Source: Candidatus Margulisiibacteriota bacterium (lineage in GTDB: Bacteria; Margulisbacteria; WOR-1; O2-12-FULL-45-9). From it: a stretch of 35,169 nucleotides of DNA. The stretch lies in the NCBI GenBank assembly GCA_043816785.1, contig JBDRHP010000049.1, forward strand, positions 1-35,169, read 5' to 3'. Positions 9,166 through 18,430 of the stretch are shown piece after piece. Both the position numbers and the translations under genes were made by a program. The notes beneath the pieces are model-generated. The model had not been told where the DNA came from. It ran no database searches and worked only from the letters and a program-made list of their open reading frames with translations. Every line of letters begins with the position of its first letter. The stretch's first letter is position 1.

Positions 9166-10058
9166 AAGACAAAAGTGATGGCCAGCCAGATTAGTTTGAT
9201 GAGCCAGAAAAGCAAGGCGAGGATTAGTCCCAACTGGACCATGTCCAGCAAGATCAGGATTGGCACGGTCCAGAAGCCATAGTGCTTCTTAAAAAAATAA
9301 TTGCGGCTTTTACGCCAGATGTAAGCGCCTCGCAGAGACTGTTTGATGCCTTTCCACTGGCCAAATGACTGCCCGCCATAGTGGATTATCTGGGCATCCG
9401 GCAGGAAAAATATTTTTAAGCCGGCTTGTTTTATGCGTTTACAGAGGTCAACCTCGTCGTACCAGATAAAAATGTTTTCATCAAAAGCCCCGACTTTATC
9501 CAGTGTTTCTTTTCTAACCAGCAGGGCTGAGCCCATGGGTTGGTCCACTTCTTTTAATTCATCATGCTGCCAAAAGCTCATCAGGTGCTGGCCAAAGAGT
9601 TTGCTGCTGGGAAAGAGCACATCCAGAAATAGGGTAGTGTAGAGCTGGGTTTCCAGGGTTGGGAAGGTGCGGCAGGAGAGCTGCAGTGTTCCGTCCGCGT
9701 TAAGCAGGCGAGGGCCCAGCGCGCCGCAGTCTTTATGCTCATCCATGAATTTGACCAGGCGGCTTAGGGCCTGTGGTTGGACAACTGTGTCTGGGTTAAG
9801 AAAAAAGATGTATTTGCCTTGGGCTTTGACAAAGGCCCGGTTATTAGCTTTGGTAAAGCCGAGGTTGCTTTTGTTCTGGATATATATGACCTGGGGGAAT
9901 TTTGCTTTAACCATTTCTGCGGTGCCATCAGCAGATAAGTTGTCGGAAACGAAAACTTCTACATTTAATCCGTCTTTGTTGAGTAAGATCGAATTTAAAC
10001 ATTCTTCCAGCAAGTCTTTAACATTCCAGCTGACAATGATTATTGATAAATCAGTCAT
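9162..10058 (-). CDS. GT2 glycosyltransferase (WbbL-like)
   Basis: DLSIIIVSWN, DNLSADGT, FLNPDT and YDEVDLC; hydrophobic C-terminus. Confidence 0.87.
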   Translation of the reverse strand: MTDLSIIIVSWNVKDLLEECLNSILLNKDGLNVEVFVSDNLSADGTAEMVKAKFPQVIYIQNKSNLGFTKANNRAFVKAQGKYIFFLNPDTVVQPQALSRLVKFMDEHKDCGALGPRLLNADGTLQLSCRTFPTLETQLYTTLFLDVLFPSSKLFGQHLMSFWQHDELKEVDQPMGSALLVRKETLDKVGAFDENIFIWYDEVDLCKRIKQAGLKIFFLPDAQIIHYGGQSFGQWKGIKQSLRGAYIWRKSRNYFFKKHYGFWTVPILILLDMVQLGLILALLFWLIKLIWLAITFVF

Positions 10059-10115
10059 TTATGACCCCCTATTTTTTATGCAAAGGCAAAGCTTGTTGTT
10101 TGCGGGTCCTTCTTT

Positions 10116-10668
10116 CGCGTAGAAGGGGCTTTAGCCCCGTTGCTTATCACTTTACCACATCGAAATTTGGATAATCAAATTTAAATACGCTGTCATCTCC
10201 CAAGTAATAATTTCTATAACTCGAATATTTATAATCTTCTATTTTTTTGACCAATCCGTTTTGGTACGGATTTTTATGAATATAATTTATTTTTTCTTTA
10301 AAGTCTAGCCCATTTCTTATTACATGATCATAGTAATTATCTTGCCATAATTTCCCTTTTCTGTTTAATGATTGATTTATTTCATAAGAGGTTCTGCCTT
10401 TTAATCTACCCATGATCAATGGTGGGTCAGCTTTATCTCCCAAATGAATAAGCCAATGAAAATGATCTGGCATAATTACATAACCATAAATGAGGTATTC
10501 AAATTGTTTTCGGTAATAATCCATAAAAAACAACAGCAAATGGCAGGTCTTTTCTGCAGTAAAGATTTTTGTTTTATGTTCGGTATTTGTTGTGATGAAA
10601 TATGTGCGATGTTTTAGATTTATGTGTTTCATGTGTGATTATAACGGCCCTAAAGGGCCGTCTACGCG
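10116..10668 (-). mobile_element. REPtron-like unit: RAYT gene bracketed by two inverted REPs
   Basis: AT-rich Y1 transposase gene between CGCGTAGAAGGGGC-TTTA-GCCCCGTT (10116-10141, +) and CGCGTAGACGGCCC-TTTA-GGGCCGTT (10643-10668, -). It sits between two GT2 genes. Confidence 0.82.
10147..10632 (-). CDS. REP-associated tyrosine transposase (RAYT; HUH Y1, IS200 superfamily)
   Basis: YFITTNT, YVIMPDHFH (HUH), LWQDNYYDHVIR, YIHKNP and YSSY, the RAYT-type motif set. Confidence 0.9.
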   Translation of the reverse strand: MKHINLKHRTYFITTNTEHKTKIFTAEKTCHLLLFFMDYYRKQFEYLIYGYVIMPDHFHWLIHLGDKADPPLIMGRLKGRTSYEINQSLNRKGKLWQDNYYDHVIRNGLDFKEKINYIHKNPYQNGLVKKIEDYKYSSYRNYYLGDDSVFKFDYPNFDVVK

Positions 10669-11540
10669 GAGGTGCGATCGTGCAACACCTCTGTAAAACC
10701 TTTTAGGTAATTATATTGTTCTAATAAATGCCTAAAAAAGCCTGAGTTAACTGATCTTCTCTCAATATAATTATAAAGCCATTTATGCTTTTTGATCAGT
10801 GTGTAAACACCCAAGGCCAAAGGATTTAGGCCCAAATAGAGTTTTATTTGAAGATTAGGGTGCTTTCTGTAAAAGATCGCGGCTGATTTGCCCATTTTAT
10901 ACATAATGGTCAGAAAATCTTTTTTAGAGACCGGGTGGAGGTGGTGGTTGAGAGCCTGCGGGAGGAACCTCAAAGGCACGCCCATTTTATGCAAACGATA
11001 ACCAAGCTCAATGTCTTCCCAGCCGTATTCTTTAAAGCTTTCATCAAATAGACCGGCATCCATGATTATATGGCGGTGAAGGGAAAGATTTCCAGTCAGA
11101 AAATAGGACCAGGCTATCTTTTGAAAAGGTTTAAATTTAGTCGGCAGTTCGGTATCGGTTAAATCTTCCCTTCTTAAGCGGATGGTCTGGCCGGCAAAGG
11201 CAGTGCTGGGATATTTTTCATGGGCTTTGACATGTTCTTCGATCAAGTTGCGTTCTGCCGGGATATCCGCGTCGGTCAGAATGATGATCTCTCCTTGAGC
11301 TTTTTTGATCGCATTATTGCGGGCATTAACCTTGCCTTTATTTTCCTGGCGAAAATAAGTCAGCTGGCAAGGAGGTTTAAGACTATTGACCATCTCCTCA
11401 GTGCCGTCATCTGACATGCTGTCGGCTAGAACGATCTCATACTTGTCAGGGGGGTAGGTCTGGTCAAATAATGAATCAAGGGTCTTTTTCAAGAGATCTT
11501 TGCTGTTAAAAGTTCCGATGATAATGCTTGCTTCTATCAT
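10662..11540 (-). CDS. GT2 glycosyltransferase
   Basis: ASIIIGTFN, DSMSDDGT, LTDAD and YGWEDIELGYRL. The stop codon lies in the REP GTAG. Confidence 0.87.
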   Translation of the reverse strand: MIEASIIIGTFNSKDLLKKTLDSLFDQTYPPDKYEIVLADSMSDDGTEEMVNSLKPPCQLTYFRQENKGKVNARNNAIKKAQGEIIILTDADIPAERNLIEEHVKAHEKYPSTAFAGQTIRLRREDLTDTELPTKFKPFQKIAWSYFLTGNLSLHRHIIMDAGLFDESFKEYGWEDIELGYRLHKMGVPLRFLPQALNHHLHPVSKKDFLTIMYKMGKSAAIFYRKHPNLQIKLYLGLNPLALGVYTLIKKHKWLYNYIERRSVNSGFFRHLLEQYNYLKGFTEVLHDRTSA

Positions 11541-11541
11541 G

Positions 11542-12960
11542 TTAAAAAAGTGATTTCTGAAATGTTTCGCTGTATTTCTTTAAGAGATCTTCGTTTTCAG
11601 TGTAACCTTTGGCCAAGACAGTCGCATTGGTAGTATAAATGCCTGATAGGAGATTGGCAAGACGGGTCCAGAAGGCGTGCTTTTTGCCTAATTGGTGCAG
11701 GACCAGAATATTTTCGGTTTCGATCAATCTTAGGAACCTTTTAATGCCTTTGACGCCTACCAGGTCCTTCGACTCAAACAGCACCGCGTGATAGCCTTTA
11801 TTATCCAATTCAAGGGCCACTTTTTCCGCCCTGGCTTTGTTGGCCTGGTCAAAAATAAGACAGACGTTTAAGGACAGCCTTTGCCAGTCGGAACGGTCAT
11901 GACTTTTGCCTTCCCTAAGCTGCTGAGCAGCGCTGAGCACTATCTCCGGAGTGATCACCTGGCTGCAATATGTTTCTTTGCAGCGGCCGGAATCACAGTA
12001 GAGAGGACACTTAGCCTGGGGATGGGCGTAAATTATCAGATGTTGTGAGTTGTATGATCCCCATCTGACTGGTTTAACGTTCTTACCCAGGATGATCAGT
12101 AACACGGGAGTGCCCAGGGCAGCGGCAATATGAGTCGGCCCGGTGTCCGCGCCAATATAGATGTTTAGTCTCTTGATCAAGGCCATCATTTCCGGGATGG
12201 TGGTTTTTTCAATCAGGTTGACCGGCTTTTGCCGGCACAGTGAGCTGATCTTTTCGCCTTTGGCGCGCTCCTGCGGGCCGCCGGTCAGGACAACCTTAGC
12301 CTGGAATTTGTTTTGCAGCCCTTCGATCACCAGGGCAAATTTGTCTTCATCCCAGGCGCGCGATGAAATACAGCCGGGATGGATGCCGACCAGGAAATCT
12401 TCCTTGGCGATTCCCAGACCGGCTAATTTTCGCTGGAAATCATTCTGTATGTTAGCCGGCACTTCTAGTTTTAGCCTTGGGTCTTGCGCTTCTATGCCAA
12501 TGGTTTTTATTAGGTCCAGATGAAGATCAACAATATGTTTGGTGTAATCCTTATATTTCAGGACCTTACCCAGGTTGTAGAAAGGGGCCAGCAATAAGCG
12601 TGATTTATCGCCCAAACGATGGGGTATGCCGGCTAAGAGCAGCAACAGCGCGTGTTTCCAGCTAAAACTGTAAAAGTCAATTGAGAGATCAAAGCGTTTT
12701 TGTTTGATCTCTTTGACATAATTAAAGTAATCCCGGACATTTTTTATCTGGCCGCTTTTCAGCCGGTCAACAATGATTTCATCAATATCTGGATTAAATT
12801 CCGCTACCGGCGCGGTATAGGCCTTTAGCAAGACGGCGATATGGGCTTTAGGGAAGTTCTGCCGCAGAGCCGCGATGGCTGGAGTGATCAACACCAGGTC
12901 GCCGATCGCGTCCGGCCGGACAACTAAGATATTTTTTGTTTTCTCTTTATTTAAGCTCAT
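11542..12960 (-). CDS. GT9 family (heptosyltransferase-like) with ~110-aa C-terminal extension
   Basis: RPDAIGDLVL, GIHPG and GADTGPTHIAAALGTP. Confidence 0.88.
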   Translation of the reverse strand: MSLNKEKTKNILVVRPDAIGDLVLITPAIAALRQNFPKAHIAVLLKAYTAPVAEFNPDIDEIIVDRLKSGQIKNVRDYFNYVKEIKQKRFDLSIDFYSFSWKHALLLLLAGIPHRLGDKSRLLLAPFYNLGKVLKYKDYTKHIVDLHLDLIKTIGIEAQDPRLKLEVPANIQNDFQRKLAGLGIAKEDFLVGIHPGCISSRAWDEDKFALVIEGLQNKFQAKVVLTGGPQERAKGEKISSLCRQKPVNLIEKTTIPEMMALIKRLNIYIGADTGPTHIAAALGTPVLLIILGKNVKPVRWGSYNSQHLIIYAHPQAKCPLYCDSGRCKETYCSQVITPEIVLSAAQQLREGKSHDRSDWQRLSLNVCLIFDQANKARAEKVALELDNKGYHAVLFESKDLVGVKGIKRFLRLIETENILVLHQLGKKHAFWTRLANLLSGIYTTNATVLAKGYTENEDLLKKYSETFQKSLF

Positions 12961-12971
12961 ATATGTTGCTC

Positions 12972-13045
12972 GGAAACCTGAGACTGAACGTCTCGGTTTC
13001 CTCGCACTATGGAACCGAGAAGTTTATTCTCAGGTTCCATAGTGC
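12972..13045. repeat. Inverted pair of related bulged hairpins (REP-like doublet)
   Basis: GGAAACCTGAGAC-TGAAC-GTCTCGGTTTCC at 12972-13001. On the - strand, GCACTATGGAACCTGAGAA-TAAAC-TTCTCGGTTCCATAGTGC at 13004-13045. Confidence 0.8.
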
Positions 13046-13048
13046 CAA

Positions 13049-13960
13049 TCATCCCAAAGCTTTAAACTTATCGAATATCTCTTTATCTGTCAATTTAGCG
13101 TATTTTTTCAATTCCTTTCTTCGAGCTAAAACATCTTTTATTTTGGCCAAGGCTTTAAAATAGCCGGCCCATTCAGTCGGGTTGGGGTTTATAAGTTTTA
13201 AAGTGAATAATTCCAGGACCATCAGGAAGACCAGCCAGGGATCACTGAAGTTCTTCCAGCGGAAGAGATAGCGGTTGCGGATATCGACCGTACGGATAAA
13301 ACCTTGTTTTTTTGAGCTCTTAATTGTCTGGCCGTGCAGATGATAAACCGCGCTCTTTGGCTCAAAGATAACGCGGTAGCCCTGTTTCCAGGCCTGGTAG
13401 GAAAGGTCAAGGTCCTCAGCGTAAAAAGGGCTGTAGAGCTCATCAAAGCCTCCGAGCTCAAGGAATTTTTCTTTGTCCACCAGCATGGCTGCGCCGCAAG
13501 CATAGAGGATCTCTTGCGCTTGCTGGAAATTTTTGCGGCTGCCAAGCGTAAGTAGCAGGTGAGACCCGCGCAGGCGAGCGGCAGTGACTGCTTCGTTGAA
13601 ATTATCTTCTTCCGGTATCAATATCTTTGGGGATACGGCAAAGACTCGATCATCCTTAAAGTGTTCAAGCAGCGGCTCAACAAAGCCTGATGTTACTTTA
13701 ACGTCGGTGTTTAAAAATAATATCTTTGAGTATTTTGCTTGTCTGGCCCCGGTATTACAGGCGCAGGCAAAACCAGAGTTTTTACTTAGCCGGATCACTC
13801 TGGTGTGGGGCAGATTGATCTGCAGGGTTTTATTGCTGGCGTCATCAACAACAATAATTTCATAAGCCAGACCTGTTTTGGCCACGCTGTCCAAGAGAAT
13901 CGGCAGGTTGGCGTTCAGCAGCTCTAAGTTATTGTAGGCGGGGATGACAATGCTGATCAT
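13049..13960 (-). CDS. GT2 glycosyltransferase
   Basis: ISIVIPAYN, VDDAS, FLNTD, GGFDELY and EDLDL. Confidence 0.87.
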   Translation of the reverse strand: MISIVIPAYNNLELLNANLPILLDSVAKTGLAYEIIVVDDASNKTLQINLPHTRVIRLSKNSGFACACNTGARQAKYSKILFLNTDVKVTSGFVEPLLEHFKDDRVFAVSPKILIPEEDNFNEAVTAARLRGSHLLLTLGSRKNFQQAQEILYACGAAMLVDKEKFLELGGFDELYSPFYAEDLDLSYQAWKQGYRVIFEPKSAVYHLHGQTIKSSKKQGFIRTVDIRNRYLFRWKNFSDPWLVFLMVLELFTLKLINPNPTEWAGYFKALAKIKDVLARRKELKKYAKLTDKEIFDKFKALG

Positions 13961-14688
13961 TTGATCAAATCCTCGATCGGCCCGATCTTTAGTTTTTTCT
14001 CATCAAGAACAAAGAAATCTTCGCCGCCGACCTCGATGCCCCTGGCTTTGGACGCCTCTTTAAATTTTTGCCAGCGCTTGCCCCTGGCGATCAGTTTTTC
14101 TCTTGGTTTGATATATCCGGCGTGAAGAAGTTTTATTTCTCTTTTGATCCTAGACCATTTCCAGCCTTGTTCAGTTCTGATGATCCCGGGATGGATCTCT
14201 TTTCCTTTATAAGCAGGCCGTTCGTGGACCTTATGGATGTATGCGATCTGCGGCAGGTTGCGGAAGAGCCGAAGCTGCAGATCACCGTTGGGGTGGCCGA
14301 AAAAATGGTCTTGATCCGGGAATAAGGTGACCCTGGGAAAGGAGTAGGCGAGTGTGTTTTTTCTTTCCATCAGCTTCGGGAGCAAAGAAATAGCATTGGC
14401 AGTTAAGGTTTCATCAGCATCAAGCGCCAGGACCCAGTCACCCGTACATTTTTTCATGGCCAGGTTTCTCTGTTCAGAGAATGAATCACCCATGGGATGC
14501 TCAATTAATTTGACGTTAGTTGCTGTTTTAGATGATTTAATAATCTCTACAGTCCGGTCAGTTGACCCGCCATCAACGATAATGATCTCAAACGGGGCCA
14601 AGCGGGCAACGTGTTTGAGCCACGGCTCGATCAGTTGTTCTTCATCCAAGGTTATGAGCAAAATTGATAATTTTGGCTTAGTGATCAT
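13957..14688 (-). CDS. GT2 glycosyltransferase (WaaE/KdtX beta-1,4-glucosyltransferase-like)
   Basis: VDGGSTDRT, FSEQRN, WVLALDADE, RLFR and VHE. Confidence 0.82.
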   Translation of the reverse strand: MITKPKLSILLITLDEEQLIEPWLKHVARLAPFEIIIVDGGSTDRTVEIIKSSKTATNVKLIEHPMGDSFSEQRNLAMKKCTGDWVLALDADETLTANAISLLPKLMERKNTLAYSFPRVTLFPDQDHFFGHPNGDLQLRLFRNLPQIAYIHKVHERPAYKGKEIHPGIIRTEQGWKWSRIKREIKLLHAGYIKPREKLIARGKRWQKFKEASKARGIEVGGEDFFVLDEKKLKIGPIEDLIK

Positions 14689-16646
14689 TGTTTGTCCTTT
14701 TTAGCAATGACAACCAGGTTGTCAGTAAGTTCCGGCGTCTCGATTACTTTGAAGCTGGCCTTATTTAAAACCAAAGATAACGTTTCCGGAGTGAATTGCC
14801 AGATGTGGTCTTCTCCCCGGAGATATTTCCAGCGGGCCGGATCAAGCTGGCATTCTCGGCAGCCAAAATTCGGCAGGCCGATCAAAACCAGGCCATTATC
14901 CTTAAGCACTCGGCCAACCTCTTTTAATAGAATGATCGGATTCCGGGTGTGTTCCAACAAATGGTTCATGGTGATCACATCAAAGCCATTCGTGGGCAGA
15001 CCTATTTCTTCAAACAATTTGTTGTGGATCGTGAAGCCAAAGCGTTCTCTGCCAAACTCAACCGATGGTTTTGAAAGTTCTGTCCCAGAGACGTCAAAGC
15101 CTTTATCTGCCGCAACTTTCATCATTAAACCGTAGTTGCAGCCAATATCGAAAAACTTGCCCCCTGATTGGTGTTTGAGAATATATTCTATGATAGTTGC
15201 AAAATGCCCATAAAATTCTTTTTCTCTATTAACGTACTCTTTGTATGATTCTTTGGCAGCGTATTGTTTGGTCGAACCGCTTTTTCTGAAAACCAGTCCG
15301 CAGCCGGGACAGATCTGGAAGATGTTTTTCTTTTTGTCAGTAAATAAATCTACTCCTGGTAAGTCACAAATTGGGCAGATCTCAGGCCTCTGTGGCTGGG
15401 CTTTGGGAAACAAGCCGGAAAATCTTTTTTTCAGCTTATTTTTATTGTAGGAAACGCCAAAATCCATTTTCTTTCTAAGTTTGTATTCTTGCACAAAATC
15501 AGCCAGCCCTTGTGCGTCAATATCCATTTTTCCCTGTTGGGTCGAGTCGACTCCTAAGAGATCAAGATAAATCTTTTCTAACTGCCTGGTCAGCTGCTGG
15601 GCGTCGAAAAGACGAGCAGCTTTTTGCTGGCCGGCTTGGCCCATCTTTTGGCGGGCGGTCTTGTTCTTGAGTAAATAAGCGATTGCCTGGGCATAGGACC
15701 CTGGTGAATTAGCTATGAAACCGGTTCGGCCGTGGTCAACCAATTCAACCTGGGCGTTATCCATTTCCGGTGTTGAGTTAACTACCACAGGTTTGCTAAA
15801 AGCCATGGCTTCGGCGATCACATAGCCAAATGATTCGCCGTGTTGTGAGGCATAAGCCAGTACATCCAGCGACTGATATATCTTGGCCAGCTCCTTTTTA
15901 TCATTGGTGAACGGCAACTCAATGATGTATTTGCCCACACCCAGCTTTTTGATCAGCTGTTTCTTTTCCTCCGGCAAACCAACGATCAGGTATTTAAAAT
16001 TGGGGATCTCCTTGGCCAGAAAGGGGAGCATCTTTAGGCAGATGTCGCCAAATTTGAAAGGATTCTGGCGGCTCAAACGGCCGATCAAGGGGGTGTTAGC
16101 CGAAATGCCTATTTTGTTTTTAAAGTCAGCGATCGCCTCCTTTGAGCAGTTGAGGCTTTTGAGTTCCTCGAGATCCAAAGGGTTATAAAGAACTCGATTA
16201 TTCTTAAAAAAATCTTCAACTGAGAGCTGATTCTTTTTTATATAGCGTAAGGCGCACATTTTACTGACAAAGATGCTTAGATCAATTGCTTTGGCGCTTT
16301 GACTTTTGTCAGTTTGGCCGAAGACCTTGGTTTCCACAATGATCGGGACATTAGCTTCCTTAGCCGCGGCCAGCACAAAGGGTTCCTCAGAGCCGGCGCG
16401 GTGAACATGCAGGATGTCAATTTTTCTTTCTTTTAACAGATTGACAAATTGTGCTTTATGTTCGTTGAGAATAAAAGTGGGGAAGGAGTCCTTGAGTTGT
16501 TCGTAACGCTCACCGCCTGATTTGGCGGCAAAGACAGCCAGATTAAAAAGATCTTTATCCAGATATCTGGAAAATATTTCCAGGGACTTTTCCGTCCCGC
16601 CCAGGGAAAGCTGGTTAACGACCTGAGCAAGATTGATCTTTTTCAT
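14685..16646 (-). CDS. GT4 glycosyltransferase fused to a class I SAM-dependent methyltransferase
   Basis: N-terminal GGTE...GESFGYVIAEAMAFSKPVV; C-terminal CPIC/CPGC, DIGCNYG and NHLLEH. Confidence 0.85.
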   Translation of the reverse strand: MKKINLAQVVNQLSLGGTEKSLEIFSRYLDKDLFNLAVFAAKSGGERYEQLKDSFPTFILNEHKAQFVNLLKERKIDILHVHRAGSEEPFVLAAAKEANVPIIVETKVFGQTDKSQSAKAIDLSIFVSKMCALRYIKKNQLSVEDFFKNNRVLYNPLDLEELKSLNCSKEAIADFKNKIGISANTPLIGRLSRQNPFKFGDICLKMLPFLAKEIPNFKYLIVGLPEEKKQLIKKLGVGKYIIELPFTNDKKELAKIYQSLDVLAYASQHGESFGYVIAEAMAFSKPVVVNSTPEMDNAQVELVDHGRTGFIANSPGSYAQAIAYLLKNKTARQKMGQAGQQKAARLFDAQQLTRQLEKIYLDLLGVDSTQQGKMDIDAQGLADFVQEYKLRKKMDFGVSYNKNKLKKRFSGLFPKAQPQRPEICPICDLPGVDLFTDKKKNIFQICPGCGLVFRKSGSTKQYAAKESYKEYVNREKEFYGHFATIIEYILKHQSGGKFFDIGCNYGLMMKVAADKGFDVSGTELSKPSVEFGRERFGFTIHNKLFEEIGLPTNGFDVITMNHLLEHTRNPIILLKEVGRVLKDNGLVLIGLPNFGCRECQLDPARWKYLRGEDHIWQFTPETLSLVLNKASFKVIETPELTDNLVVIAKKDKQ

Positions 16647-17722
16647 TCATGCCCCTTGATCCAGTTGCTGATCGCCTCGATTGCTCCGGGTTTGCCCATT
16701 CTTTCCTGGCCGGCCTGCGCCATCAAGCGCAGCTTGTCCGGATGCCGCAGCAAATGCCAGACTTCTGCGGCGATCGAAATGGGCTCACTGTCCCGCACCA
16801 GGTGAAGGGCGTTGCCCAGCAGTTCTTTCTGAGCCTCGGCAAATCGCCTGTTGTATTGCGAGCCGCGCCCGTAGAATGAAACAATTGGTACGCCAGCGCC
16901 TGCTGCCTGTTCATTGCCTGTGCCAGATAGTCCGATGATCAGATCAGCTTGCGCCAGGACTTCGGCAAAGGACACTTTGTCCATATATTCCGGGACATTT
17001 TTGAGCGTAGTTGCTGTGAGGAATTTTAAGCCGAAGTCAGTGTTTTTCAATTTGATGATCTCTCCGATAATTTCTTGAAAGTCAGCAATGTTGAGGTTGG
17101 CATCGTCCCTGGTCCCGGGCAGCAGGCCCATAACCCTGGTGCTTGGATCAGATGTTTTTTGGCTGCGCAGATTTTTAAAACAGTCCATTAAAGGATTCCC
17201 AACATAGGCTGCTGACTTAATTTTTAGCCCGCGGGTTTGCAGGTTTATCTCTGTTACCTTGTCCCGGACAAAGACCTTGAGCGCGTATCTTTGCAGCAGC
17301 AGTTTTTCCCATGGCGTGTAGCTGTAGCCGAAGCGTTTGTAATAAAATGATTTGTTAACCCCAACAAATATAAATGGGGCTTTGGCGACCAAGGCGCCGA
17401 TGATCGGCACCAGATCGCCAATCGCAACTGTTAGATCGAATTTCCCTCGCTGCGCTTTAAGAATAGCGATATGTTCGGCTGTATTGCCCAGCAAGCCGGC
17501 GTAAATGTCCTGGGCCAGATAAAACAGGTTGCGCAGGGAAAACCCGCCGCTGGGCAGTTTATTTTTTGGCCCGAGGACGGTGACAGGTAAAGAGGCAAAG
17601 GCCTTGCCTTCCCCGACTATGGGCAGGACAGCTGATTTAGCTTCTGACCCAAGTTTTTTAATGATCTCAGCCGCGACCAGGTCCTCACCGTGTCCATTAG
17701 TGATAAAAAGTATTTTTTTCAT
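16643..17722 (-). CDS. Lipid-A-disaccharide synthase-related protein (TIGR03492-like)
   Basis: TNGHGED, LPIVGEG, LPSGGF, GNPLMD, LLPGTR and GTGNEQAAGAGVP. Confidence 0.8.
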   Translation of the reverse strand: MKKILFITNGHGEDLVAAEIIKKLGSEAKSAVLPIVGEGKAFASLPVTVLGPKNKLPSGGFSLRNLFYLAQDIYAGLLGNTAEHIAILKAQRGKFDLTVAIGDLVPIIGALVAKAPFIFVGVNKSFYYKRFGYSYTPWEKLLLQRYALKVFVRDKVTEINLQTRGLKIKSAAYVGNPLMDCFKNLRSQKTSDPSTRVMGLLPGTRDDANLNIADFQEIIGEIIKLKNTDFGLKFLTATTLKNVPEYMDKVSFAEVLAQADLIIGLSGTGNEQAAGAGVPIVSFYGRGSQYNRRFAEAQKELLGNALHLVRDSEPISIAAEVWHLLRHPDKLRLMAQAGQERMGKPGAIEAISNWIKGHE

Positions 17723-18429
17723 TGGCGATGAGTAAGTTTGTACCAGCTCAAGGATAGCAGGTGTTCAATATACTGGCGGGTTTCCCTCCAGCCCATTTTG
17801 CTTTCGCCAGCAGAGCGTTCCACAAAGGTGATCGGATACTCCATAACTTTACCTCCGTGCCTGCCTTTGACCTGTAGCTCCAGGCCAACCTTACAACCAA
17901 TAGGATCGATCTCAGCATTGTCTAAAATGGCTTTGTCGAACATAAAGTAGCCCGAAGTCAGATCTTTGACCGGCGTTAATAGGTTGCCCAGGGCCCTGGC
18001 GCCCCAGGAAAGGAATTTGCGGTACCAGATCCATTTTGAGGTTGCGCCGCCCTTGATGTGGCGGCTGCCGATCACCATCAGGGCTTGGCCGGACCTAATA
18101 AGTTCATACATCGCGGGCAGGGCTTCCGGAGGATGGCTTAGATCCCCGTCCATGACACAGGCGATCCGCGCCTTGGCTAATCTGATGCCGTCCAGAATTG
18201 CCGGGCCAGGCCCTTCCCGTTTGGTGCGGATGTAAACCCGGATCGGGTAGGAGTTAGCCATTTTTTCCGCCAGCTGGGCCGTTCCGTCCGGTGAACTGTC
18301 ATCAACAATTATTAGCTCAGCCTTGATGTCATGTTTCTTTAGAGCATCGCAAACCCTGATGATCATGGTTTCGATATTCTTGTTTTCATTATAGGTTGGG
18401 ACTATTACAGATAGGTCCAGGTTTTTCAT
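17719..18429 (-). CDS. Polyprenol-phosphate glycosyltransferase (Dpm1-like GT2)
   Basis: VPTYNE, VDDSSPDGT, MDGDLSHPP, GSR, DLTSGY and GESKM. Confidence 0.88.
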   Translation of the reverse strand: MKNLDLSVIVPTYNENKNIETMIIRVCDALKKHDIKAELIIVDDSSPDGTAQLAEKMANSYPIRVYIRTKREGPGPAILDGIRLAKARIACVMDGDLSHPPEALPAMYELIRSGQALMVIGSRHIKGGATSKWIWYRKFLSWGARALGNLLTPVKDLTSGYFMFDKAILDNAEIDPIGCKVGLELQVKGRHGGKVMEYPITFVERSAGESKMGWRETRQYIEHLLSLSWYKLTHRQ

Positions 18430-18430
18430 T

